This document shows, piece by piece, positions 29,541 through 38,967 of a DNA stretch of 64,000 bases. The number at the start of each line of letters is the position of its first letter. Position 1 is the first letter of the stretch. The translations under genes and the position numbers were made by a program. Under the pieces are notes generated by a model. That model was not told the DNA's origin, made no database searches, and saw only the letters and a list, made by a program, of their open reading frames with translations. The stretch is taken from the sequence record MN871453.1. The stretch is one strand, 5' to 3'.

Positions 29541-29931
29541 GATAGGTACGTGAGTTCATCCGTTCCGTGTAGCATTCACCGTAAATACCGTATCGATCCC
29601 ATTGAGAACGAAGATCGCTAAGGATTTTTTCTAATACGCCTGTATTTTTCATTTTTTCAATTTCTTCCTGAAGAGACATGTAAAACGATAACTGGTCCCG
29701 ATAATAAGGATCATCGGGAATCGTTTCAAAATCGCTTTCCAGCGGGTCAATGTTGTTCGAGTAATAAATCTCAATGAACAGTTTGTTATAATCTTTAGCT
29801 TTTCCTTTTTCCCAGTGGTACGCGGTAGAAAGGAAAGCGTCTATAATCTGATCCCGCCAGAGACCCTTATAGCCATCGGTGAAGACCTTAAGCGCCGGGG
29901 GGATTTCGAAGAGATATTTTTGCACTGCCAT
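29527..29931 (-). CDS. array protein 3
   Basis: 134 aa; YGECYTERMNSRTYLVYR. Confidence 0.55.
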   Translation of the reverse strand: MAVQKYLFEIPPALKVFTDGYKGLWRDQIIDAFLSTAYHWEKGKAKDYNKLFIEIYYSNNIDPLESDFETIPDDPYYRDQLSFYMSLQEEIEKMKNTGVLEKILSDLRSQWDRYGIYGECYTERMNSRTYLVYR

Positions 29932-30245
29932 AAATCAGGATTCCTCTGACGAAACTCTTCATCATCTACCCAAACCATTAATGCGTTCCGTTGTATATCG
30001 AGCGATTCGATATGAAGCAGATTAACCGGAAGTTTCAATGGTACGCCACCGTACTCCTTTTCCAATACCCTGGCTACTTGCCATATCTTTTCTGTCTCCC
30101 AACGGTCATTATCAGTAATTAAATAATCAGGCGGAATCGTGTTATACGTCCGGTCTAACCAGTGGGCTAAAATCCTTAACCGATAGAACCGATCCATTGT
30201 CGGTGTCATATCGAGAAAATGCTTAATATCGATGACAATCAACAT
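29841..30245 (-). CDS. array protein 2 (start inferred at 30245, MLIVIDIKHFL)
   Basis: LHIESLDIQRNALMVWV. Confidence 0.6.
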   Translation of the reverse strand: MLIVIDIKHFLDMTPTMDRFYRLRILAHWLDRTYNTIPPDYLITDNDRWETEKIWQVARVLEKEYGGVPLKLPVNLLHIESLDIQRNALMVWVDDEEFRQRNPDLWQCKNISSKSPRRLRSSPMAIRVSGGIRL

Positions 30246-30672
30246 GGTCTTCAGTTCCCAGTGTAATTTCAAAATGATTGTGTTGGAAAGAAAAGTCGAG
30301 GACACGATAATGACGCGGGATACCCTCCAATTGAAAGAGCGTAGTGAGTTCCTTTTCTTTTTCATTAACTCGATTGAAGATCGCTTCGATCATTGCGTTA
30401 AAATCACGTTTATCTCTACCCGGTAGCATTTTGCTGGGTTCTACCTTATCGGTTAACAAATAGATCCCTTGCGCCCAATGCTTTCTTTCCCGGAAATGAA
30501 ACCACGTCATCCAGGTCGCGTAGAAAATTTCTTTCACAGTGAAAATACCGTGATAAGGTGAATTAATCCAGTAAAAGATCTTTGGGATCTCGCCTTTAAC
30601 TATCATGACGTCACCAGACTTCCTGTAAGTCATTCTAAGCCTCTTTTTACTGTCAGTAGTACTATCTATCAA
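30223..30672 (-). CDS. array protein 1
   Basis: RVLDFSFQHNHFEITL; first gene after promoter 30712. Confidence 0.55.
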   Translation of the reverse strand: MIDSTTDSKKRLRMTYRKSGDVMIVKGEIPKIFYWINSPYHGIFTVKEIFYATWMTWFHFRERKHWAQGIYLLTDKVEPSKMLPGRDKRDFNAMIEAIFNRVNEKEKELTTLFQLEGIPRHYRVLDFSFQHNHFEITLGTEDHVDCHRY

Positions 30673-30711
30673 ATAAATTGATAAACCCGTACAAAGCGAT
30701 TACAGCTATGT

Positions 30712-30727
30712 TCAATAGGGTAATATA
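30712..30727 (-). promoter_or_regulatory. phage promoter TATATTACCCTATTGA driving the array
   Basis: Copy of recurrent motif, downstream of the PhuZ terminator. Confidence 0.7.
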
Positions 30728-30755
30728 TGTCCTATTTCTTTTCCAACAAAACAAA

Positions 30756-30790
30756 ATAAAAAAGACGGAGCGGGAAAACCCCGCTCCGTT
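30756..30790 (-). terminator. terminator after phuZ
   Basis: ACGGAGCGGG/CCCGCTCCGT stem plus U-tract on -. Confidence 0.75.
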
Positions 30791-30837
30791 GATGATCTTA
30801 AATGATTGAAGCAGATAAAAGTCCTACATACTAACGA

Positions 30838-31806
30838 CTAGAGTTCCATCCCGTCGCCCTGAACATCGCCACGGATAAAGTTTTGTGCAGCCTTGGACTT
30901 CTTATCGCGTGCAGCGCGACGTTGTTCGTAATCGTCAAACGTTTGGCGAAGTTCCATTAAGATCTCATTCAGCCCATCTGTATGAATGACAAAATAAAGT
31001 GAATCTTCCCCTGTACGTTTACGGGTGCCGAACGTGTTATAGTCCGCTGGGATAGTACCGGCTACCGGCTTGTTGTCGCCGTAGAGTTCCGCAACTGAAA
31101 TAGGTGCGTTAACGCTCACCGCGTCATCACGGTCCTGGAAGACGTCAAGGAGACCGAGTTCCGGACTTACGCCTGCACCAAGAACGGGTTTCGCCCAGGT
31201 CAGTACGTCCGCAGAATCCAGTCCGTGATGTTTCCCGGAATAAAGATCCAGAACGGCGCGGATGGTAGCGATCATGATCGCATCGACTTCGGCGTTGCGC
31301 AGGTTGTTCTCATTGCTCTCGTAACAGACGTTACAGAACTGATTGTTCTTGATCGCAATGTTACGCAGCGACGAAATGGTCTTCATGGTGTTTTCGGTAG
31401 TATTACCCGATTCTGTCGAACCGACTAAAAAGACCAGCACCGCTTTATTCTGCGCATAAAGCGCTTCGATCAGTTTCGGACCAATGACCGAACCGCTGCC
31501 GCCGGAGGCGGAGAAAATCAGAATGTTGAGATCTGACGGCTTCAACTTAAAGAGAATGTCGCTGATGCTTCGGTTCGTGACGTCGTAGTTGGTTTTACGG
31601 ATTTTCCCTGCGCCGTCTACGCCCTCGAGGAAATACCATTTGTCAGGGTCTTGAACAGACCGCTCGGAAACGTTGGAACGGCTACCGTCAACATACGCTT
31701 CTTTGACGTTAGCGAGCTCAGAAAGATCAGTACGCATGAGTTTAGTGAGGATGTCGATACCCGCACCACCTGCGCCGTAAATAGTTACTGTGTTATTCGA
31801 TGACAT
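30838..31806 (-). CDS. phuZ: PhuZ phage tubulin
   Basis: IYGAGGAG, DGAGK, tubulin signature SASGGSGS, C-terminal GDGMEL similar to PhuZ tail; 322 aa. Confidence 0.93.
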   Translation of the reverse strand: MSSNNTVTIYGAGGAGIDILTKLMRTDLSELANVKEAYVDGSRSNVSERSVQDPDKWYFLEGVDGAGKIRKTNYDVTNRSISDILFKLKPSDLNILIFSASGGSGSVIGPKLIEALYAQNKAVLVFLVGSTESGNTTENTMKTISSLRNIAIKNNQFCNVCYESNENNLRNAEVDAIMIATIRAVLDLYSGKHHGLDSADVLTWAKPVLGAGVSPELGLLDVFQDRDDAVSVNAPISVAELYGDNKPVAGTIPADYNTFGTRKRTGEDSLYFVIHTDGLNEILMELRQTFDDYEQRRAARDKKSKAAQNFIRGDVQGDGMEL

Positions 31807-31892
31807 AATACGGTCGCTCCTTATGTTGGACCAAAAGTCGTATCATAGTACTTTATAACAAGACGTAAAATAATCGATGGAGGATCTCAAAG

Positions 31893-32723
31893 ATGGTGTT
31901 ACAGAAAGTGATTTCTGATATTCGTTTTATCATTCCTAAAGAGGTACTTGAAGTTGCCTTTTTAGGTGACGTCGGGTTGGAAAGAAAACGACCCGGTTCA
32001 TTGGATTGGGAAATTCGTAACAAAGTGATCGACGCGAAAGTCAGACCCGATTGTAATTTACTGGGTGCGCTGGAAATGAACATTCCGCTGGCAAACGCAG
32101 AAGTAACTTACGATACCAGCGGTCTTTACCGCAACACGGTAAGAATCCCTAAGTCGTTAACCGGCGGACGTTCTATCGTGCTCCCCACTTACTTTAACTA
32201 TTACTACTACACCGGGGCAATCGGTCAAGTTGGTGGCTACATGGCCAATAACTACTCGAGCAACACGTGTGGTAACTCACCGTTAATGGCACAGGCCAGT
32301 CGAATCCTACAATCCTCCGCGAACTCCGATGCTACCGGTACCGCGGCAGTAAGATTGATCGGTGAAAACACGGTAACGATTAACGACTATATCGGCTCGA
32401 TTACACAAGGTTCATTGGTTTGTTTAGTGAGCCATGATTCCGAGATGAATTCTATCGGTCGCCGTGCTGTTCCACAGTTCTCCAAACTCTGTCAACTGGC
32501 TTGTAAAGCGTACATCTACAACACGTTAAAAGTTAAGTTGAACGGCGGGTATCTTTCAGGTGGGACCGAGCTGGGAGAGATCCAGAATGTCGTGGACAGC
32601 TACTCTGATGCTGCTGAACAGTATTCTGAGTATTACGAGAACGAATGGCAGATGGTTCAGTTCAGTAACGACGATACACGTAACTCGTGGTATCTCCGTA
32701 ATTTGATTGGCGGTGGCGCATAA
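31893..32723 (+). CDS. putative virion structural protein (late strand)
   Basis: 276 aa divergent from phuZ; TATG late-promoter-like motif near 31824. Confidence 0.55.
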   Translation: MVLQKVISDIRFIIPKEVLEVAFLGDVGLERKRPGSLDWEIRNKVIDAKVRPDCNLLGALEMNIPLANAEVTYDTSGLYRNTVRIPKSLTGGRSIVLPTYFNYYYYTGAIGQVGGYMANNYSSNTCGNSPLMAQASRILQSSANSDATGTAAVRLIGENTVTINDYIGSITQGSLVCLVSHDSEMNSIGRRAVPQFSKLCQLACKAYIYNTLKVKLNGGYLSGGTELGEIQNVVDSYSDAAEQYSEYYENEWQMVQFSNDDTRNSWYLRNLIGGGA

Positions 32724-32757
32724 CGGGTAGGAGGGGTAAACCCTCCTACCTCTATGT

Positions 32758-33579
32758 TTAGTGTAGTCGTAATACGACGCAACTGGCGTCGAGATCAATC
32801 GCAGTGACCCCTTCGTTTTCTTTATCGGAGATAGCAAGGCGGTAAAAGTTGACCTCGTTCACTGCGCCCATTAATCGATCGCTGTAAACGGTTTCTTCAA
32901 TCTCGGTTTTTCCGCTGGCAAATGTATAACCTTCGACCGTCCCGTAGCACATCGCAAGCATGGAACCGATAACATAGTTCCATTCTGATTCCTGCCACGT
33001 TTCTCCCTGAAAGACAGAGAACAGGATTCTGGCGTTGGTTCTCTCTTCGATGAGTAAGAGCGCATCTTTACCAATGAAGTGCGGGTTATTCTGGTCAGCG
33101 TATTGATAGACCAACAAAGTTTTGCTGGTCTTGCTGTCCTTTATTTCAAAACCTTCTTCGATATTCCAAAAGATGAAATAATCTTCATTGTTCTTCGCCA
33201 TCAGTTCGTAGAAATCTAAAATACCGTCAGCGTCAAAGGTGGGCCTGGCGTACACTCCACCATTGACGTAAGGGAACGGTGAACCTTCGTTAAGTTCCTT
33301 TATCTGGAACACTGCAGCGACTACCGCGTCATCCGGTATCGCGTCGACATCCGACAGCAATAAAGAAACTTCCAGTAACGATAGCGAAGGTGTCTCGGTT
33401 TCAGGGACGCCGGTAAACGATATCGCCCAAACCGTGTGACCACCGGTAGGGAACGTCATTGTGACGAGAATCGTCCCAATACCGATGTCACCTTTTTTAG
33501 GAAGCGGATGTATACTGACAGTACCCTTCGATTTCTCTGATGTAGACAAGCCCACTGCATTTTCAACTACCGTCTCCAT
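32758..33579 (-). CDS. hypothetical protein
   Basis: 273-aa ORF, SD GGGGGTAGG. Confidence 0.65.
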   Translation of the reverse strand: METVVENAVGLSTSEKSKGTVSIHPLPKKGDIGIGTILVTMTFPTGGHTVWAISFTGVPETETPSLSLLEVSLLLSDVDAIPDDAVVAAVFQIKELNEGSPFPYVNGGVYARPTFDADGILDFYELMAKNNEDYFIFWNIEEGFEIKDSKTSKTLLVYQYADQNNPHFIGKDALLLIEERTNARILFSVFQGETWQESEWNYVIGSMLAMCYGTVEGYTFASGKTEIEETVYSDRLMGAVNEVNFYRLAISDKENEGVTAIDLDASCVVLRLH

Positions 33580-33599
33580 TCCTACCCCCAGGTATAAAC

Positions 33600-34061
33600 T
33601 CAGTTTGTTTCTAATCTTTTAAACACAGCCGTATTTCTAACGATATTAAAATATTGGAGCAACTGCGTCTTATCGGTAACAACAATGTTATACTTGTCTA
33701 AAATTTCCTGGAATAAAGCAGATAAGTTACCCAACTCATCAATGATTGGGATTTCGTTTAAGAGCCACCACCATCGCCCTTTGATCCGGGTGATTGCAGG
33801 TTGCCCCCAGACTAACCCTTTCATCTCGAAATGATAATGCGAAGAAAGGTTCTCTTCTACCTGATTTAACAGGCTTCTAATCGGACCAGCTTCTTTACTC
33901 TTCCTGAGAATACGGTAAACAACGAGTGTTCCGTCAATGGCAACTACCACGCTATGTCGAATTGTCTTCGAGGAAAGCGAAAGGGTTAAAAGACAATCCG
34001 TGTCGTTCATTAAAGTGAGATCAAGAAGATGGCCATCGGTAAAACGAACTGTAGTACTCAT
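33600..34061 (-). CDS. hypothetical protein
   Basis: 153-aa ORF, SD GGAGG. Confidence 0.65.
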   Translation of the reverse strand: MSTTVRFTDGHLLDLTLMNDTDCLLTLSLSSKTIRHSVVVAIDGTLVVYRILRKSKEAGPIRSLLNQVEENLSSHYHFEMKGLVWGQPAITRIKGRWWWLLNEIPIIDELGNLSALFQEILDKYNIVVTDKTQLLQYFNIVRNTAVFKRLETN

Positions 34062-34091
34062 TCAACGCCTCCCGTGGCCAGTGTGTATTTA

Positions 34092-34709
34092 TTAGAGTAA
34101 ATTCCAACGTTTTTCCATTAATTCGCTAATGCGATCTTTGATTCGCGGACTGGTGATCCATGGCGGGTTGATCAGTTCAGAAATGACAATCCCGAGATCA
34201 GGGAGTTTTTTCAACAGCGCCGTAATCTGTCCGGTAGTGAATCCCTCTGGTGGCGTATTGATGTCGAGTTTACAATAGCGACCAAAGTCATTCTCTTCTT
34301 TATCGAAGTACCAGTCCAGTTCCCCAATTATCCCGTTACCCAGATCAATCAGTGAGCGTCTTTTTTGGTAGAGACGTTCGCCGAATGGTAATGCCATTTC
34401 ATATTCTTCCGGCGTAATGACCTTTTCAAGTTCAATGCACCGAGATGTCTGAGTTTTAGCATCGTAAGGTAAACGATACTTCGTCGCCGCTTCATAAACC
34501 ACTTGACCGGCAACGTCTTTGCTTTCGGAGAAAACTTCAGTTCGTCTAACCCGAACGGTAATGCGGGTGTTGTTTGTTGTTAACGCATTCGTTTCTGATT
34601 GCGTTATTTGGTAATAGTCGCCTGTACTTTCTTTTAGTCTTCGGAAACTCGCCTCATCGACCTTAAAGAAAATGGCCACTTCATTTTCGTTACTCTTTTT
34701 ATTACCCAT
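34092..34709 (-). CDS. CYTH-like (triphosphate tunnel) protein, partly degenerate
   Basis: ENEVA (ExExK-like), VRVRR, ATKYR, IELEKVI, QKRR, ELDWY; track extension to 34874 crosses a terminator, so start inferred at 34709. Confidence 0.55.
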   Translation of the reverse strand: MGNKKSNENEVAIFFKVDEASFRRLKESTGDYYQITQSETNALTTNNTRITVRVRRTEVFSESKDVAGQVVYEAATKYRLPYDAKTQTSRCIELEKVITPEEYEMALPFGERLYQKRRSLIDLGNGIIGELDWYFDKEENDFGRYCKLDINTPPEGFTTGQITALLKKLPDLGIVISELINPPWITSPRIKDRISELMEKRWNLL

Positions 34710-34884
34710 GAAGAAGCTCGTTATTCTGTAGTTAATTTGGACGGTAGGGAACCACTGGTCATTTCGCCTACCTTGCATAAGTAACGTCCGAAGGCCAAAA
34801 AAGAAACAGAAAAAATAAAAAAAAAGAAGGTGTGAAAACACCTTCTTTCGCGACAGATGCACTATAAATAGCAAGAGGAATAAA

Positions 34885-35439
34885 TTATGAAAACCCGGCC
34901 AAAAGACGTTGGAAAGAATTCAACTCTTTAATGTATTTAGCGAGCACCGCAGCCTTCAGTTGGATATCTAATCCAGGCGGGAGTTGTTCCTTCAGCCTGA
35001 TCTGTCCGAACTGACTTTCGAACGTTGCGTAGAGAAAAACTTTACCAAGCTCTAACCGTAACCCTGCGTTGATCGCTCTTAACGGTAACGGATGTTTCTC
35101 GGTGAGAATGTCCCACTGCTCGGTGAACCCGCGAACGTTAAGGCAATACCCTCCTTCTGACGCGAGACGATTGATGTCGTCACCGGTCATGGAAAGATAG
35201 AGGTCTGCTATGTCAACCCCCAACTGGGTAACTGGGAATCGTTTGTTCGGTTCTTTCAGCGCGTATTTAAGTACCAGCGTACTGTAGTGTTCTTTGACGA
35301 TGTTCTGAATATCAGTTTTCGCCTCTTTCGTTTTAAACGACGTCACTAACGAGCCGTAGTGTCGTAATTCATGGATGACGTTCCCTTGTGTCACGTAACT
35401 CTTCGCTCTAATTTTGCCCAGATCAAAATTATAGTACAT
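34885..35439 (-). CDS. hypothetical protein
   Basis: 184-aa ORF, SD AGGAG. Confidence 0.65.
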   Translation of the reverse strand: MYYNFDLGKIRAKSYVTQGNVIHELRHYGSLVTSFKTKEAKTDIQNIVKEHYSTLVLKYALKEPNKRFPVTQLGVDIADLYLSMTGDDINRLASEGGYCLNVRGFTEQWDILTEKHPLPLRAINAGLRLELGKVFLYATFESQFGQIRLKEQLPPGLDIQLKAAVLAKYIKELNSFQRLLAGFS

Positions 35440-35473
35440 TACTCGCTCCTTATTTACTGTCGTGGCGGTACGG

Positions 35474-35926
35474 TTATTGACCAGCGATTAACGCGTTCTC
35501 TAACACCAAACGAAGAATCTTATCGTTCAGGTCGTCACGGTTAGTGGGCGAAGTAATCCGCTTTTTACGCAGTCCTTCTGCGACCGTTCCCGTATTGAAC
35601 TCGAGTGTAAGGTAGCCCACGTCTTCTTTCTTGTCTTCCAGCCAACGATATTCATACTCGAATTTTCTGTCATCATACGCGACAGGGTGGCGAGAAACAA
35701 TACGGTAGGTGCGGCACATCACTTTATTTTGAAGATCACTGTAGAGCTTGTAGATCTCCATTTTAGTGACTTGACCTTTGACTTCCCGGTAATTCTCTGC
35801 CGAGAGTTCCGCGATCAGTTTACCGTCCTTTGCCAAGAGCAGGTTTCCGTGATGGATAGTCGCAACCATCCCGTCTTCACGGCGCTCTTGTAGACCGGCG
35901 CAGCCTGTTAGTTCAAATGTAATCAC
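35474..35926 (-). CDS. hypothetical protein
   Basis: 150-aa ORF overlapping upstream gene. Confidence 0.55.
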   Translation of the reverse strand: MITFELTGCAGLQERREDGMVATIHHGNLLLAKDGKLIAELSAENYREVKGQVTKMEIYKLYSDLQNKVMCRTYRIVSRHPVAYDDRKFEYEYRWLEDKKEDVGYLTLEFNTGTVAEGLRKKRITSPTNRDDLNDKILRLVLENALIAGQ

Positions 35927-36431
35927 TGAGTAATCCTTTAAAAAGTTTGAAAGCTTCTGGTTGGTAACCGATTTGTTCTGGGGCTTCCGAAGGACTGAGA
36001 AGGTAAAACCGATTCTCCTCGTCTTCTTGCCAAAGGAAATGATCCCGATAATCTAATAACCCATCAGGATATAAAAGATCGTAATAATAATCCCCTACTT
36101 TCAATAACGAATGACCAAAACAAAAATCAGTCGGCGTATTGTCGTCGTAAGAAATCTCTTGGTAATAAAATAAAAATTCTTCCGGGTGATCGTTACACAG
36201 TTCTTTCCCTAAATCACTGATGGCTAAGCAACACCCTGAATAGACTTCGCCAGGGCCTTGATCCGTTGAACCGTATAACCAGATATCAAAATCATCGCCT
36301 GGAACAAAACCGATTTCTTTCGCCCGCACTATCCCCCAGTCCCAACAATGTTGACCGAGATTTAGGTTGTTAGTCAGAAAGAACTCCTTGTAGACTTTCC
36401 TCAACAAATGCAGGTATTCACTTGTCGTCAT
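35913..36431 (-). CDS. hypothetical protein with transglutaminase-like Cys-His-Asp motif (start inferred 36431)
   Basis: SGCCLAI...GHSLLKVGDYYYDLLYPDG. Confidence 0.5.
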   Translation of the reverse strand: MTTSEYLHLLRKVYKEFFLTNNLNLGQHCWDWGIVRAKEIGFVPGDDFDIWLYGSTDQGPGEVYSGCCLAISDLGKELCNDHPEEFLFYYQEISYDDNTPTDFCFGHSLLKVGDYYYDLLYPDGLLDYRDHFLWQEDEENRFYLLSPSEAPEQIGYQPEAFKLFKGLLSDYI

Positions 36432-36432
36432 C

Positions 36433-36777
36433 TTATTCGATCCTGTCGGTGTAATTTCCGTACCACCATCCATCCGGCGCCAACGTGACAACGATTCGAC
36501 TTCCGCCTTCCAACGGAATCCATTCCTTATCAAAAACGTATTTAACAGGCCATGATGTCTCGTTAGCACGGACGCGTCTTCCTACGTTACTCTCTAAAGG
36601 AAGAAACCGGAATCGAAACATTTCTTTATTTTCCAGGGTTCCAATTTCTACCTTGACGTCAGGTATTCGACAACTTCTACGAACCGCCCGGGAAAAGGTA
36701 GCGATGATTCTTTTTTCATTGCGATAAAATTTAACACAAGGTGTAGTTTTAATTATACTCATAGGCAATTTCATCAA
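36433..36777 (-). CDS. hypothetical basic beta-rich protein
   Basis: 114 aa, SD GAGGG; abuts next gene. Confidence 0.55.
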   Translation of the reverse strand: MMKLPMSIIKTTPCVKFYRNEKRIIATFSRAVRRSCRIPDVKVEIGTLENKEMFRFRFLPLESNVGRRVRANETSWPVKYVFDKEWIPLEGGSRIVVTLAPDGWWYGNYTDRIE

Positions 36778-36841
36778 AAAACCCTCTTAACGATTATAGA
36801 ACCTCTAGAGACGGAAACGTCTCTAGAGGGGAGTATTTTAT

Positions 36842-37522
36842 TCAGCGAGGTGAATGGTTATCTGCAAGGGCTATAGGTAACTGGTTCTGAAACGCGTAAA
36901 GCGTGACTTCCTGTTTATACGCCTTGCGGTGATTTGAAACGACGGAGTTGACGTATTGCTTGAATCCGGCAACTGTGCGGGGTTTACCTTTATCAGTGTA
37001 GAAGTACGCGCGATTACCTGCTGCGCCTCCTGTCACCCTTACCGCTAACCGATCATTTCGTGCCTTCAATATTTTCACTGCACCGCCGGGTCCTAACAGA
37101 TGGGCCATGTAGATTTCATTGATCCCGACCTGACGCTGGAGTGAACGCTCTAAAAACTCTTTGTTCTCCTTCATGTACGCTACCGCCATAAGCGTGTTCG
37201 CACGTGAGTTTTTTACACTGGTTCCGGGTTTGACCCCGTACTGTTTACCGTACTTCTTTACCGTGGCTCGCCACGTTCGATCTGTAAAACCAAATAGTCC
37301 TTTTGCTGAAGAGTGTTTATTGTGCATACCGGCGCCCATCGTACTTTCAATGGAAGCCATGGTAACCAAGTCAATCATTTTAACGTCGGTTTTTTGAGAT
37401 ACTCGATATAAGGTATCGCTATGCTTTGCAAAGCCTACGCTATTAGTCGAGACAGATGCGGTTGCTGGGGTAGCAATAATGCTTACCAGGCAAAGGACAA
37501 GCGCCCAGAAATAGTTTGGCAT
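36842..37522 (-). CDS. signal-peptide-bearing lytic transglycosylase (SLT/lysozyme-like)
   Basis: N-terminal hydrophobic segment ending ATA; catalytic ASIES, SSAKGLFGF, IYMAHLLGPGGA. Confidence 0.8.
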   Translation of the reverse strand: MPNYFWALVLCLVSIIATPATASVSTNSVGFAKHSDTLYRVSQKTDVKMIDLVTMASIESTMGAGMHNKHSSAKGLFGFTDRTWRATVKKYGKQYGVKPGTSVKNSRANTLMAVAYMKENKEFLERSLQRQVGINEIYMAHLLGPGGAVKILKARNDRLAVRVTGGAAGNRAYFYTDKGKPRTVAGFKQYVNSVVSNHRKAYKQEVTLYAFQNQLPIALADNHSPR

Positions 37523-37618
37523 TTCTCATATTTCCTATTCAAATCAAAAGAAAGCCAAGGTAACCCTTGGTTACGTATCTCAACGTAACCGGGCATACCC
37601 TGACTATAGAAAGGCGAA

Positions 37619-38266
37619 CTATTGTACCGAAATCACCCGCTCTTTCATCAAAGGGAAATCAAGATTCGTCCGGAAATCGACAATCTCGTGATCAAAGAAG
37701 CTGATATAGACGCGTTCACGGTCAACCAGATTACCAATAACAAAACGCGTAGTACCGAGTCGGATATGTTCCGCGACGACACTGAATGCGTACAGCAGCT
37801 CACCCGGATTAAACGGTATACTGTTCCCCTCAACGTTATCGACAGGCAATGACAATACTTCTGCCGCCACGAAGATGTGTGTTGTTCCTCGATGCCACCA
37901 TGCGTATTTGTGCACACCTTCTTTCACTTTCAACATCACCGCAGGAATATCCGGGCGAGTGAGATCAAGAGCAATCTGCTGCACTGTTGGGAAAGTCGCA
38001 CAGAGTTCAAAGAGTACCCAGAAGAGATCTTTGTGATCCTCTCCTACCGCTGCATTCAGTTCCTCAATAGCGGTTGCGCTACCGTACTGACCGATAACAC
38101 TACTGAAGACAACGGGTTCGTCCAATAACTTGCTCCCTGGGTGTGGCACGTTCTCGAAGTTTTGAGTTTCTTCCGCACTGATTGGAACGGTCAGGATCAA
38201 AGTTTCCGTAGCGTTATCCAACGTGAAGTTACCGGTCTGGAAGATTTTAAGTTCTGGTTTACTCAT
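37619..38266 (-). CDS. hypothetical protein
   Basis: 215-aa ORF. Confidence 0.65.
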   Translation of the reverse strand: MSKPELKIFQTGNFTLDNATETLILTVPISAEETQNFENVPHPGSKLLDEPVVFSSVIGQYGSATAIEELNAAVGEDHKDLFWVLFELCATFPTVQQIALDLTRPDIPAVMLKVKEGVHKYAWWHRGTTHIFVAAEVLSLPVDNVEGNSIPFNPGELLYAFSVVAEHIRLGTTRFVIGNLVDRERVYISFFDHEIVDFRTNLDFPLMKERVISVQ

Positions 38267-38465
38267 TTTCTTTTCCGTATTAAGGTTAGTCTAACAAATC
38301 AAGAGAACGTAACGTGACTTTGCAAATCGAAGTCAAGGTCAACTACTTAACCGTTATGACTTTTAGAGTCATAACTCTAAGGATGGACCTACGGTCTAAT
38401 TAACGCACAGGCTTCGCCGTGCGAAGGTCAACAGATAAATATAAATAAATTTATTTTTCGATGAA

Positions 38466-38873
38466 TCAACTTTTGTACAACGCAATCACCTTCAAAATCT
38501 CACTGACCATCGAATCGGGAAGTTTGAAATCATTCCGTTCCATCTGTTCTTTAAAGAGACGAATCTCTTTCAATGACCGATCCACTCGTAAACCGAAACG
38601 ATCCCCTAACCAGAACAACATCGGGTTTTTCATAAAACGTTTCAGTAGGCGTTGTTCGGGTTCCGTCAGTTCGTCAAACGTCCGTAAGACTTTAATCCGT
38701 AAGAGCAGCGGGCGACGTTTCGGGGATTCTAAGTAACGAGAGAGACGTTCAAAGAGTTCATTGTCAGAAATCTCTGGATTTTTCTCAGAAGGGATTAACC
38801 GATCGATATAGTCATCACTGAATCCAAAAGAGCGAAGGAAACGTTCCGCAACGTCATAGTGGCGAATGGCCAT
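38466..38873 (-). CDS. hypothetical protein
   Basis: 135 aa, SD GAGGAG, promoter motif at 38899. Confidence 0.65.
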   Translation of the reverse strand: MAIRHYDVAERFLRSFGFSDDYIDRLIPSEKNPEISDNELFERLSRYLESPKRRPLLLRIKVLRTFDELTEPEQRLLKRFMKNPMLFWLGDRFGLRVDRSLKEIRLFKEQMERNDFKLPDSMVSEILKVIALYKS

Positions 38874-38898
38874 GGTAATACTCCTCTAGTTAGTACAT

Positions 38899-38914
38899 TC
38901 AATAACGTGATATA
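38899..38914 (-). promoter_or_regulatory. phage promoter TATATCACGTTATTGA
   Basis: Copy of recurrent motif. Confidence 0.65.
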
Positions 38915-38967
38915 TTTTTTAATTCAATTTGAAACAAAAAAAAAGAAAGGGGCGAACCCCTTTCTTT

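Noticed and set aside
34710-34874. Hydrophobic N-terminal extension of the CYTH-like ORF in the track
   Set aside because: Runs through the poly-T terminator near 34800-34850; an ORF-calling artefact
38407-38420. 14-mer ACAGGCTTCGCCGT shared with 61627-61640 (opposite strand)
   Set aside because: Tens of 14-mer matches are expected by chance in 64 kb on two strands, and flanks do not align
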